Of a stretch of DNA of 64,000 nucleotides, positions 19,052 to 28,740 are shown piece by piece; position 1 is the stretch's first letter, and each line of letters begins with the position of its first letter. The notes under the pieces are model-generated. The model worked only from the letters and a program-made list of their open reading frames with translations. It searched no databases and was not told the origin of the DNA. The DNA is taken from contig CBDDIJ010000002.1 of NCBI GenBank assembly GCA_965228855.1, positions 1,888,001 through 1,952,000 of the forward strand, read 5' to 3'. This DNA comes from Candidatus Obscuribacterales bacterium. GTDB taxonomy: Bacteria; Cyanobacteriota; Vampirovibrionia; Obscuribacterales; Obscuribacteraceae. Both the position numbers and the translations under genes were made by a program.

Positions 19052-20662
19052 ATGACCGTTTTAAAACGAAGTGGTAATACCTGGGCCGGCGAGCGTCGCC
19101 ATAGGCTGACAGGATTGCTGTATCGAACAGCGTTCGCCTCTTTGCTCGCGACGAGCATTCCAGCGCTGTTGTCATCTTCGGCGCTGGCCGCGCCTATAAA
19201 AATCAATGGTGCATTCACTGAACACATGGTGGTGCAGTCCGGTCAGCCAGTGATCGTTTATGGAACCGCAACGCCTGGCGAACCAATTGGCGTTAAGCTC
19301 GCGGAAAGGAAAGCTGTTGCGATAACGAATGAAAAGGGTGACTGGGCGGCCACTCTGGAGGCGATTCCTGCTGGCGGCCCATATGAACTTCAAGTTGTCG
19401 GTGCCCAAGAAAAGCTTGTTGTGAACGATGTTATGTCTGGCGAAGTCTGGCTTTGCAGCGGGCAGTCCAATATGTTGATGAGTCTGAAACAGGCTGGATT
19501 GGAAGCGAAGACGAATGAAATTTCAACCGGCGATTCATCGATCCGTCTGTTGAAAGTCGGTTTCGGACTCGCGAAGTCGCCCCAGAAGAAGCTGGATGCC
19601 AAATGGGTCATTCTCGATAGAGAGAACGCGGGCGATTGCGCCGCAATTCCGTTTGTATTTGCAACCGAGTTGCGGAAAAAACTGAATACACCAATAGGCA
19701 TAATTGTTTCAGCCTCTGATGGAGCGCGATGCGACTCCTGGATAAGCACGGGTGGCTTGAACAAAACTGCGGAGGGCAGATCGAAGCTTGCCGGTTTTGA
19801 AGAGCAATACAATGCCTATCTGGCGTTCCGCGAGCAAAAGATGAGCAACCAGGACGAGAAGACAAGTGATGTCGAGTGCTGGGAACGTGAAGCCGACGCG
19901 GTTTTCCGAAATGGGGCGACGGCGGTTCCTGCTCCTCCTGGAGCAGCTCTCTACAACGCTATGATTGCGCCGCTGGTGCCGTATACCCTCCGTGGCGTGC
20001 TCTGGTATCAGGGCGAAGTCAACATCACGCGTCCTGAGACCTACGAAAAATACTTCACGCTACTAATGCACGATTGGCGGCGTAAATGGAAAAAGCCTCA
20101 CTTGCCGTTTTTATTTGTGCAGCTTCCTCCGGTTGGAGAAAGGCTTGAGACTCCCGCTTCGGTCAGTAAGGCTGCGCGACTTCGAGACGCGCAAACCAAA
20201 GCAAGTCTTCTTCCCTACACTTATATGGTTAGCGCCGTCGATACGATCAACAAATCGCCGGCTGAATGGCATGGCTCAGATAAACAAGTGATTGGAAAAC
20301 GTCTAGCCCAAATGGCTTTGTCCACTCAATACAAAAAGCCGATGCCTTTTAAGGGACCATCGATGGAAGCGGTGATGCTTGAAGGAAGTAAAGTGCGCGT
20401 TCAGTTTCGAAATGCGACTCACGGTCTGACAATGAAAGGTGACGTCTTAAAAGGTTTTGCGATAGCGGGTGACGATAAGAAGCTGGTGTGGGCTTCGTCT
20501 CAGATTGACGGCGATAGCGTGCTGGTCTGGAGCAATCTGGTATCTAAACCCAGTCTGGTCACATACGCCTGGGCTGATAATCCGGACGGCAATCTTTATA
20601 ACGGTGACGACTTGCCTGCCATCCCGTTTCGTTCTCAAGTGACTCACGGCAACATTCAGTAA
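19052..20662 (+). CDS. Sialate O-acetylesterase family (SGNH) protein, exported
   Basis: GEVWLCSGQSNM, LYNAMIAPL, GVLWYQGE, FLFVQLP, NLYNGDDLPAIPF. Confidence 0.92.
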   Translation: MTVLKRSGNTWAGERRHRLTGLLYRTAFASLLATSIPALLSSSALAAPIKINGAFTEHMVVQSGQPVIVYGTATPGEPIGVKLAERKAVAITNEKGDWAATLEAIPAGGPYELQVVGAQEKLVVNDVMSGEVWLCSGQSNMLMSLKQAGLEAKTNEISTGDSSIRLLKVGFGLAKSPQKKLDAKWVILDRENAGDCAAIPFVFATELRKKLNTPIGIIVSASDGARCDSWISTGGLNKTAEGRSKLAGFEEQYNAYLAFREQKMSNQDEKTSDVECWEREADAVFRNGATAVPAPPGAALYNAMIAPLVPYTLRGVLWYQGEVNITRPETYEKYFTLLMHDWRRKWKKPHLPFLFVQLPPVGERLETPASVSKAARLRDAQTKASLLPYTYMVSAVDTINKSPAEWHGSDKQVIGKRLAQMALSTQYKKPMPFKGPSMEAVMLEGSKVRVQFRNATHGLTMKGDVLKGFAIAGDDKKLVWASSQIDGDSVLVWSNLVSKPSLVTYAWADNPDGNLYNGDDLPAIPFRSQVTHGNIQ

Positions 20663-21125
20663 ACAAAAATCGTCTGATACCAATGGCGGTGGTAGGTAAA
20701 ATATCCGTGGTATCGCTGGCGGTTCTTTACTGGATATGATCTATATAGAGCGGTCGCCTATCGATTACAAAAGTGACTCTATAAGTAGTGGCATTTACGA
20801 TCGATTGAAACCCGGCATGGGTGCCTTGTTTGTCCGATAAATGAACTTGGCCGTAATGGGTGTGAATTCCTGACATGGGGTTGCCATGAAGTCCGTCGCT
20901 GGCAGGTTTTGCAGATTCGGCTCGGAGATATTTTGGGTGACTGACTCTTAAGATGTTAACGTTATTTAATGAGCGCTATTTACCGTGCTGGAGCCGCTTT
21001 TGCGGATTACTATATGGTTCACACTAAAAACGATGTTTTACACTTACATCGGGCTGGAATATTTAGGCTATGATTCCAGCGTTAGACACCGTTAGATTAG
21101 GTCATTGCAAGGGAGTGATTACTAT

Positions 21126-21689
21126 ATGAAAAAGGGGTTTGCAACCTTTCTCACCGCGCTAGCAGCCGTGGGTGCGAGCACCTTTGTTAGCGTTGATGCA
21201 GCTCACGCTCAAGGCGCCAACAATGTCAGTGAATTGACGGATGTTGTCGGCAACGAGTGGGCTTACAATGCTTTGAAAGAACTCGTTAACCATCCGTGTC
21301 ACATATTAGTAGGTTATCCGGATCGTACTTTCCGTGGTCAGAAATCTGCCACACGTTTCGAATTGGCAGCCGCACTATATAAGTACGAACAATGCATCGT
21401 AGAGCGTCTTAACCAGAAAGCTGATAAAGCTGACTTGGAAAAGTTCGCAGCGTTGCTTGAAGAGTTCCGCGGAGAACTCAACCAGCTGAAAGCACGTGTG
21501 ACGGATCTCGAAAGACGTATGAAGCTTGTCGAAGACAAGAACGTTGAACAAGATATGCGCCTTGCTTACGCAGAGCGTCAAAAAGGCTTCCTCTGGGAGC
21601 GTGTAGTTAAGGGTACCTTCATCGACGTTCGTGACGTCGGCGTAGGTGTCGGACGTGGCGCACGCGCCATCTACGAATACTTGTTCTAA
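21126..21689 (+). CDS. SLH-domain plus coiled-coil envelope protein lacking a beta-barrel
   Basis: Signal peptide (AHA-Q); SLH motif LTDV..WAYNALKEL..GYPDRTFRG..TRFELAA; coiled coil LLEEFRGELNQLKARVTDLERR; AGGGAG SD. Confidence 0.9.
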   Translation: MKKGFATFLTALAAVGASTFVSVDAAHAQGANNVSELTDVVGNEWAYNALKELVNHPCHILVGYPDRTFRGQKSATRFELAAALYKYEQCIVERLNQKADKADLEKFAALLEEFRGELNQLKARVTDLERRMKLVEDKNVEQDMRLAYAERQKGFLWERVVKGTFIDVRDVGVGVGRGARAIYEYLF

Positions 21690-21744
21690 ATTGAAGCTCG
21701 GGTTTACCCAGCCAAATTCTTGGACCTAACCTGATCTACGTGTC

Positions 21745-21778
21745 AACTCCCGTTGGCGATTTCTCCAACGGGAGTTTT
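21745..21778 (+). terminator. Intrinsic terminator of the SLH gene
   Basis: 12-bp stem AACTCCCGTTGG/CCAACGGGAGTT ending in TTTT. Confidence 0.8.
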
Positions 21779-21975
21779 GCATGAGCATTTGCAAGCTCTT
21801 TCGGTTTGCAAATGTATTGCATTTGTTGGCACGTAGATCAAACAAGTTTCTCCAGGCGTGCCGTTTACGCTGCATCGCGGATTCGGCTGACGCACCAACC
21901 TTCAGGGGCACCGATACCCTGCGGCGTGCGATAATTTGGGCTGTGTTCGATTCGAGTTAATAGGTCCCACTGATC

Positions 21976-22800
21976 ATGACTAAAGAACTGGTCCTGGCTT
22001 CGGCTTTTCGTGCGGAATTGGTATTCGCGCTCGACCTCATTGAGGAAGCAGGGCGACGGGCAGTCAAATATTTCGAGTCGGGTGTATCCGTCGATGCGAA
22101 AGAAGATGGCAGTCCGGTTACCCGCGCGGACAAAGATATCGAGCACATGATCAGAGAGGCTATCGAGCAGAAGTTCCCCGATGACGGGATTCTGGGAGAG
22201 GAAGAAATCGAGAAAAAGGCCTTCCTCAAGTACCAGTCCGAGGAAGGTAACAAGGTGATGCGTCGCTGGATCGTCGATCCTATCGATGGCACCTACAATT
22301 TCGCTCGCGGAATTCCGATTTTTTCAACTCTCATTGCGTTGGAAGAAGGTGACGAAATCGTCGCGGGTGTTGTCTACAACCCTGTGCTCAAAGATCTCTA
22401 CTGGGCGGAGAAGGGAAAGGGCGCGTTTAAAAACGGGGAGCGCATTCACGTATCAGAAGTCGATACGATGTCCGAAGCTCTTTTCAATTTCGGCGGACCC
22501 GACCGCATCATGAAGTTAGGGCTTTGGGATGGTTTCAGTGAGCTTATCAAACGCACCTGCCGGCAACGAGGTTTCGGTGATTACCTTGGCTTCTCGTTCG
22601 TTTTCGAGGGTAAGGCAGAAGCCATGCTCGAGACGGGTGTCAAACCCTGGGACCTGGCTCCGATGAAAATCATTGTTGAAGAAGCTGGTGGTTCGTTTGT
22701 CGATCTTGCCGGTGGAACTTCCGTTTACCAGGGCGGCTGCATTGTCAGCAATAAGAAATTGGCGCAGGAGTTCAAGCGAATCTTGCTGCCGAATGTCTAG
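21976..22800 (+). CDS. Inositol monophosphatase family protein (HisN-like histidinol-phosphatase)
   Basis: SPVTRAD, ILGEE, WIVDPIDGT, RGFGD, KPWDLAP. Confidence 0.9.
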   Translation: MTKELVLASAFRAELVFALDLIEEAGRRAVKYFESGVSVDAKEDGSPVTRADKDIEHMIREAIEQKFPDDGILGEEEIEKKAFLKYQSEEGNKVMRRWIVDPIDGTYNFARGIPIFSTLIALEEGDEIVAGVVYNPVLKDLYWAEKGKGAFKNGERIHVSEVDTMSEALFNFGGPDRIMKLGLWDGFSELIKRTCRQRGFGDYLGFSFVFEGKAEAMLETGVKPWDLAPMKIIVEEAGGSFVDLAGGTSVYQGGCIVSNKKLAQEFKRILLPNV

Positions 22801-23023
22801 ACAGGTTCAGGTCGCCACCACAGGTGGTGCGGTCCGTTGAGTGTTCCCGCACGCTGATTACAAGGTTAACAACGGCCTGGTGAACCTGCGAATTTATTGC
22901 CAAGTATCTCCGATGTGCGTCGTAGGAGTACGCTTGGGGATATAAATAAAACCATGTACAATGTCATATCTCAGGGGATAGGACGGGTTCTGCGCGGATC
23001 TCGATAACGTTCTCAGGTGGCGG

Positions 23024-24199
23024 ATGATGGAAAGGACCGGCTGGTCAAAAACTATGCGTTTTCGCATGGCTCTCGCCATGAGTCTTTCGGGACTCATTCC
23101 CATTGTCGTGTGCCATCTCATTGTTTTTGGTGAAACCGGCGATATCCTGGGTAGCCTGGCAAGGTTGGCTCCCTGGTACATCCCACTGATTTTACTCTTA
23201 CTTGGCGTCAACTGGTTTCTCGCCGAAGTCATTCTCAAGCCCATCAGTCGCTTGCTGCAATCCACCACTCAGTTGGCGACGATGGATATTCGCAGACGGC
23301 TGGAAGTTGATGCCAACGAACCTTCGGAAACGCTGGAGTTACGCAAGTCGTTCAATAAATTGCTCAACCGTTTGGAAGAGTCATTAAACATCCAGTGTCA
23401 GTTTGTCGCTGACGCTTCGCATGAACTCCGCACGCCACTGACGTCCATTCAGGGTTATACGAAACTGCTGCTCCGCCGGGGCTCGAATATTGACGCTAAC
23501 CTGCTCGGTGAAGCGCTTCAAACAGTTTCCGACGAATCCGGCCGGCTGATTCGTCTCGTTTCTGATTTGCTGCAGTTGGCGCGTGCTGATGCTGGACAAG
23601 CAATCATCAGTCAACTTGAGTTTATCGATCTACGCGACGTCGTCGGCAGTGTTGAAGACACTGTTGTAATGGTTGCGCCTGAACAAATCGAAGTGCAATT
23701 CATCATGCCGCAGTCGCCGATTATGGTGAACGCTGACGCCGACAGGCTTAAACAGGTTTTCCTCAATCTCTCGAACAACGCCATCAAAGCTACACAGGCT
23801 GGAGGCAAGGTCACGGTAACGGTGCGGTCCAGCGGCGACCAGGCAATCGTTCGCGTGATTGATACCGGAATTGGTATCGCGCCTGCAGACCAACAGCGCA
23901 TCTTCGATCGTTTTTATCGTGTTGAGAGAAGCCGCACTCGAAGTCGCCTGTACGGCGGCGGCTCCGGTCTGGGCCTGGCAATTGCACTGACAATAATCAA
24001 AGCTCACGGCGGCAGTATTGACCTGGAGAGTGAGCTGAATAAAGGCTCGACGTTTACCGTTCGGCTTCCGATTGCCAAGAAGGGTGAGGAGAGCAAGGCG
24101 ATTTTGCCACCACCGGCGGCGCCATCGGAAGAGCCAAAGGAGGACCGTGGTTCGAGCGGTTCCAGCGGAGGCGGCGGTCCCATAGGTGAACCTGCGTAA
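23024..24199 (+). CDS. Membrane sensor histidine kinase (2 TM, HAMP, HisKA, HATPase)
   Basis: DASHELRTPLT, NLSNNAIK, DTGIGI, FDRFYR, GSGLGL. Confidence 0.95.
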   Translation: MMERTGWSKTMRFRMALAMSLSGLIPIVVCHLIVFGETGDILGSLARLAPWYIPLILLLLGVNWFLAEVILKPISRLLQSTTQLATMDIRRRLEVDANEPSETLELRKSFNKLLNRLEESLNIQCQFVADASHELRTPLTSIQGYTKLLLRRGSNIDANLLGEALQTVSDESGRLIRLVSDLLQLARADAGQAIISQLEFIDLRDVVGSVEDTVVMVAPEQIEVQFIMPQSPIMVNADADRLKQVFLNLSNNAIKATQAGGKVTVTVRSSGDQAIVRVIDTGIGIAPADQQRIFDRFYRVERSRTRSRLYGGGSGLGLAIALTIIKAHGGSIDLESELNKGSTFTVRLPIAKKGEESKAILPPPAAPSEEPKEDRGSSGSSGGGGPIGEPA

Positions 24200-24216
24200 C
24201 TCGTTTATGAGCCGGC

Positions 24217-24762
24217 TCAGTTAGTATTGGAGGCTTTGGAACTCAGCTGTGTCGCTTGCTGTTTCTCGGCATGAGCTTTCACATACTCCAGTCGTTTTTC
24301 CATGCCCTTCTTCGTGATGCTTCTCAGAACTTTGTTTTTGAATGGCGCGGCCAACCAGGTGTCGATGTCGGTGATCAGACGAACGGTCGTACCTTTGCCA
24401 TCCTTGCTGTCTTCCAGAATCCAGGACCCTTCGAACTTGTTGAGTAGCTTAGATTCGTTCAACTTATAATCGATTCGGTTTTCCTGAACTTTGGTTGTTT
24501 CAGTGTAATCCAGGGTAGTGTTGCCTACGATGGGCAGGCTGCAGAAGTGCTCTTTCATTGTGACCGAATTCGCCTTCTCATTAATGCGTTTCTTTTGAAA
24601 ACCTTTTTCGTCTTTCTGATACTGCTTCAGCGCGCTCCAAACGGCGTCTTTTTCAGCGTCAACGTTTATCGAATCCTCGACGCGGACGCTTGCCAGGGCT
24701 GGAAGTTGCATAACAGAAAGGGCTACCAATGCCAGTGCCGACGCGAAACGAACAACTCTCAT
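24217..24762 (-). CDS. SRPBCC/cyclase-family protein with signal peptide
   Basis: GGAGG SD then MRVVRFASALALVALSVMQLPALA; FEGSWIL..GTTVRL fold signature. Confidence 0.75.
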   Translation of the reverse strand: MRVVRFASALALVALSVMQLPALASVRVEDSINVDAEKDAVWSALKQYQKDEKGFQKKRINEKANSVTMKEHFCSLPIVGNTTLDYTETTKVQENRIDYKLNESKLLNKFEGSWILEDSKDGKGTTVRLITDIDTWLAAPFKNKVLRSITKKGMEKRLEYVKAHAEKQQATQLSSKASNTN

Positions 24763-24875
24763 CAAATCCTCCAAACAACCAAAAGATTTCCAACCCACAG
24801 GGGATTCGTTCGTAACGAGTTTCTCCCCTCTAAATAGCACAAGTCTTTCAAAACAAGCTCATACAAATCCTCGTG

Positions 24876-26333
24876 CTAAAACTGGAAGTAAATGAACGCT
24901 GGCGTGACGTCTGGTGAAAAGATCAACAGCATCGCGATCAGCACGGCCAGGTAAGCCGGTTTGAAACCCGGGAAATACTTGGGCAGAATTCCAGGTTTCT
25001 CCTTGGAATTCGCAAGGGCAATTTGCATTATCCACATAGCGATGAGCACCAGCGGTAATACCGGATATATTATCGAACCATTGGTGTTCATTATGGCGGG
25101 CTGCCAGTTTGCCAGCCCTTCTGCAGCCGGTTGCAAATTGAACATTTTGCCTATTACGAGCAGGCCTTCTGGAATATTATTGGCTCGGAATATTGCCAAG
25201 CCCAGGGCATGAGCGTTGAAAGTAAGCGCGATCGCGAAGATGTGAAAGACCTTCGTTTCCACCAGTTTCTCCAGTGCTCGGCTGCGTGCCACCACTTTTC
25301 GCCACATGCGATGGAGCACCAGCAGCACGCCCACGTAAAATCCCCACACGACAAAGTGCGGTGCTGCTCCGTGCCACAACCCTCCAAGAGTCATCGTGAT
25401 CACCAGGTTGATGCAGGTGCGTACCTCGCCAAGACGGCTGCCGCCAAGAGGGATATACAGATAATCCTTCAGCCATGTCGACAGCGTAATGTGCCAGCGT
25501 TTCCAGAACTCGCTGTATGAGCCGGATAGATATGGCAAATTGAAGTTCTGCGGGACTTTGATTCCCATTAGCAACGCGGAACCACGGGCGATATCAGTGT
25601 ACCCGGAGAAGTCGAAGTACACCTGGAAGGTGAATGCCCAGGTTGCCAGCCAGAAGTCTGCTCCAGTCAGCATATCGGGGTGTGCGAAGCATCGAGTTAC
25701 AGCAATGCCAAGCGTGTCAGCCAGAACGACTTTTTTGAACAGACCGAAGAAGATCAACTCCATCGCTTCGTTGAATTCCTGGACGTTCAACTTCTTGTCG
25801 AACTTGAGCTGTGGAATGAACTGCTGATACCGTTTGATAGGCCCGGCTATCTGAGTGGGGAAGAAACTTGGGAAGAGCGCGAATTCAACAAATGACTTTA
25901 CCGGTTTATCGCCGCGATAAATATCGACAAGGTAATGGATAAACTCGAATACGAAGAACGAGATTCCTAGCGGCAGAACAATCTCCCAGGAGATCGAAGG
26001 CAGTTGGTGCAGACCGATTGTTTTGAACATATCGTTCAAAACGTCTCGCGTCATGTACGTATATTTGAAGTAGCCGAGCACGAGCAGGTTCGTCGTAAGC
26101 GCCAGAGCGAGCCATTTCCCTTTATGCTTTTCGCTTCGGTCAATGAGGAAACCGAAGATCCAGTTGACAGCTGTGAGCGTGAAAATCAGGACGCCATAAA
26201 TCGGCTTCCAGAACATGTAGAAGACGTAGCTGGCGACAAGAAGCATCGCCGAGCGCCATTTCTGTGGCGTGAGCCAAAACAGCAGCACTGTCACTGGTAG
26301 AAAAATCAGATATGAAACACTGTTGAACAGCAT
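24876..26333 (-). CDS. MBOAT family O-acyltransferase (AlgI/PatA/DltB-like)
   Basis: MLFNS start with AGGAG SD; LPLGISFF, AGPI, YFDFSGYTD, FWKRWHITLS, GLWHGA. Confidence 0.95.
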   Translation of the reverse strand: MLFNSVSYLIFLPVTVLLFWLTPQKWRSAMLLVASYVFYMFWKPIYGVLIFTLTAVNWIFGFLIDRSEKHKGKWLALALTTNLLVLGYFKYTYMTRDVLNDMFKTIGLHQLPSISWEIVLPLGISFFVFEFIHYLVDIYRGDKPVKSFVEFALFPSFFPTQIAGPIKRYQQFIPQLKFDKKLNVQEFNEAMELIFFGLFKKVVLADTLGIAVTRCFAHPDMLTGADFWLATWAFTFQVYFDFSGYTDIARGSALLMGIKVPQNFNLPYLSGSYSEFWKRWHITLSTWLKDYLYIPLGGSRLGEVRTCINLVITMTLGGLWHGAAPHFVVWGFYVGVLLVLHRMWRKVVARSRALEKLVETKVFHIFAIALTFNAHALGLAIFRANNIPEGLLVIGKMFNLQPAAEGLANWQPAIMNTNGSIIYPVLPLVLIAMWIMQIALANSKEKPGILPKYFPGFKPAYLAVLIAMLLIFSPDVTPAFIYFQF

Positions 26334-26343
26334 CTGTAAGCTC

Positions 26344-27621
26344 CTACAACTGACTTTGCGCCTTGGCGGCGACGGATGGTTTGTTTTGAGGCGCAGCCTG
26401 TGCGGACGGTTGAGCCTTGTTTGCGACAGATTCGGACGAGCCGCCGGACAGGTGGGCGACAAACCGTTTTTGAGACGCGATATATTCGGCAATCAGAGCG
26501 TGCAGTTTCTCGCCGCCGGACGCATCCATGTGAGCCCAGTCAGTGAAGTCTTGCGGCTCGAATTTAGCGGTTGCCTGAGCGTCAAAATAGCCGCAGTCGT
26601 ATTTATTCGCGAGCGATTTTAGCGTGTCTACGTGGCGATCGTAGACGTTGTCGCGCATGCATCGCAACGCGAGACTGGTTACCGGCATGTTGACCAGAAC
26701 AACGTCGATGCCTTCGCTGCGAAGCGCTTTCAGGTTCATCTCAAGCCATGTCTTTTGATTCTCAAAAAGTTCGTTGTTCGGAGTGGCATAGCGCATCATG
26801 CAGTCCGCATCTGCGACGTCAGCATAGTGATAAGGTGTGGTAGGGTGCGCTACCCACACGCCTTTCTCCAGTTCCGCCCTGTGCATCGCGAACTTGCGGT
26901 CTTCGTCTGTCACGCGATCAAGTGGGCTGCCAGGCAGATTCTTGAGCACGGGAGCGAGAAACTGCTCCACTCCATGACGCATGACTTGCTGAATCGGTTG
27001 GCTTTTGCCTTTGAAATAAATGTAGTCGTTAACCCAGTACTGCGGACGTTCCCAAACATTTGGCACCGCCAGTGGTTCCAATCCTGTTTGATCTACGAAA
27101 CGGCAAAGATATCTGTAGTGACGCGATGAAGCGGCGTGACCGAAATCATTATCGACCATATCACGTGGAACCATGCCGATTACGACGACCTTCGGCTTCC
27201 GGTCGCCCTTGAAAAGCGCCTTGGTGATCATGTAACCGTCCGATGGAACGGCGCCAGGCAAGCCAAAGTTGAAACAACCGAGGTTGCCTATGCCTGTGTA
27301 TTTCTTCAGCTGATCTTCAGCGTAGTGGCTGGTGTGGTCTGCAACCAGATCGAGGTCTTTGCCGCGATATGCAGCCTCCTGCCACCAGGTTGGATGCATC
27401 ATCACGGAGGAGCCGACGTAAACCACATCCGGCGCTTTCGGTTTTTCCCTGTAGTCTTGCGCGGCCCAGTATGACCAGGTTCTAATTGTCGGCAGACTAT
27501 CGACATCGATCTTCTTGATTGGGTCGCCGAGTAACAAGGCGATGTTAACGCCGACTAATATAATTAACGCGCCCAGTATCGGGACCGTTTTAAACCAATT
27601 CTGTTTCTTGTCGAGGCTCAT
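26344..27621 (-). CDS. Membrane-anchored SGNH-like protein, MBOAT partner (DUF1574/DltD-like)
   Basis: N-terminal TM; GSS, FNFG and C-terminal FTDWAHM (DxxH) motifs; directly upstream of the MBOAT gene. Confidence 0.8.
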   Translation of the reverse strand: MSLDKKQNWFKTVPILGALIILVGVNIALLLGDPIKKIDVDSLPTIRTWSYWAAQDYREKPKAPDVVYVGSSVMMHPTWWQEAAYRGKDLDLVADHTSHYAEDQLKKYTGIGNLGCFNFGLPGAVPSDGYMITKALFKGDRKPKVVVIGMVPRDMVDNDFGHAASSRHYRYLCRFVDQTGLEPLAVPNVWERPQYWVNDYIYFKGKSQPIQQVMRHGVEQFLAPVLKNLPGSPLDRVTDEDRKFAMHRAELEKGVWVAHPTTPYHYADVADADCMMRYATPNNELFENQKTWLEMNLKALRSEGIDVVLVNMPVTSLALRCMRDNVYDRHVDTLKSLANKYDCGYFDAQATAKFEPQDFTDWAHMDASGGEKLHALIAEYIASQKRFVAHLSGGSSESVANKAQPSAQAAPQNKPSVAAKAQSQL

Positions 27622-27784
27622 GCTTCCCCAGATTCGTTCCGCTTTTCAGCCGTGAAAAATGATGGTAACAAACATCATGAAAACCTGCCTTAGATACGAC
27701 TAGGAAACCGTTTGCGCCGGTTGCAAGAAGGACAGGATGAGGCTGTTTTCGTTACCGTTCATTACTGCGGTCCCGTGAAACGAA

Positions 27785-27815
27785 CAAAAAAGCACGTGTC
27801 ATGGACACGTGCTTC
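27785..27815 (-). terminator. Intrinsic terminator after rplY
   Basis: Stem AAGCACGTGTC/GACACGTGCTT running into a T tract on the minus strand. Confidence 0.8.
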
Positions 27816-27837
27816 GTGAAGGCTTCGAGAGAGGCGA

Positions 27838-28485
27838 CTATTCTTCGCCAGCGGTCTCTTCTTCTTTGGCTTCTTCCTCTTCTGCCGGTGCTGCAGCTTC
27901 TTCCTGTGCTGCTTGGTTTGCATCTTCGACAGCTGAGCTTCTCGGTGTAACCGCGCGAGCGACGATTTCTTCGAGAGGATTGAGAACCTTAATAGAGGGA
28001 GAGATTTTGAGATCTTGGAAGGTGATAGCCGAATCCAATTCTTTCAACTTCGAGATGTCTGCTTCTACGAAGTCCGGAATTTCGTGGGGGTAGCACTCGA
28101 TATCAACCGAGACTGCTGATTCCAGGAATTGGGCGCTGAAGATTTTGACAGCGGGCGAAACTCCGACAAACTTGATCGGCACGCTCACGGTCAGCTTCTT
28201 GTCGAGACTGACTCTGTAGAACTCGATATTCAGAACCGCATCGGAAGTGGAGACCCGTTGAACGTTTCTAATGATAACGTTGACCGGCTTGCCGCCTTCG
28301 GTCTGGAGTTCGAGCAGGTGCGAGAAAGCCGCTGCCGGCAGTCTCGAGAATTCGCGAGCGTCGATTTGAACGCTTTCCGACGGGACCGCTGGTCCGTAAA
28401 TTGTTGCCGGCACTTTGCCTTCGCGACGAAGGAGGCGAGCGGTCTTTTCTTCCCGTTTGCTAGCTGTGAGCGTGAACTTATCCAT
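27838..28485 (-). CDS. rplY: 50S ribosomal protein L25/CTC
   Basis: LRREGKVPATIYG, IEFYRV, beta domain, acidic tail. Confidence 0.95.
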   Translation of the reverse strand: MDKFTLTASKREEKTARLLRREGKVPATIYGPAVPSESVQIDAREFSRLPAAAFSHLLELQTEGGKPVNVIIRNVQRVSTSDAVLNIEFYRVSLDKKLTVSVPIKFVGVSPAVKIFSAQFLESAVSVDIECYPHEIPDFVEADISKLKELDSAITFQDLKISPSIKVLNPLEEIVARAVTPRSSAVEDANQAAQEEAAAPAEEEEAKEEETAGEE

Positions 28486-28564
28486 TGTCTTTTCCCGGTT
28501 TTTTCGGTGTGTGTTCTTCCGGCGAGGACACGCTTAACGCCGCGTCCATACGCCAAAAAGAGAG

Positions 28565-28636
28565 CTGGGGTGCAAGGATTCGAACCTCAGAATGGCTGGA
28601 CCAAAACCAGCTGCCTTACCGCTTGGCGACACCCCA
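28565..28636 (-). tRNA. tRNA-Gln(TTG), CCA not encoded
   Basis: Minus strand TGGGGTGTCGCCAAGCGGTAAGGCAGCTGGTTTTGGTCCAGCCATTCTGAGGTTCGAATCCTTGCACCCCAG; cloverleaf with anticodon TTG. Confidence 0.97.
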
Positions 28637-28654
28637 ATATCGCGTAGGTTGTTG

Positions 28655-28684
28655 ATTCTATTGAATGTCCTATCGCTATGTCAA
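28655..28684 (-). promoter_or_regulatory. Sigma70-type promoter for tRNA-Gln/rplY
   Basis: TTGACA-N18-TAGAAT on the minus strand. Confidence 0.7.
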
Positions 28685-28740
28685 CGCTGACAGCCGTTTT
28701 TTGAAGCGGCGTTACAAACGTTATGCGACTTTAGCCGTTG

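Noticed and set aside
20663..21125. Long intergenic region as an ncRNA or array
   Set aside because: No regular repeats or recognisable RNA motif; compatible with the promoter and 5' UTR of an envelope protein gene.
28565..28740. tRNA-Gln as an integration site
   Set aside because: No integrase, no duplicated tRNA 3' end seen, and the flanks are core genes.
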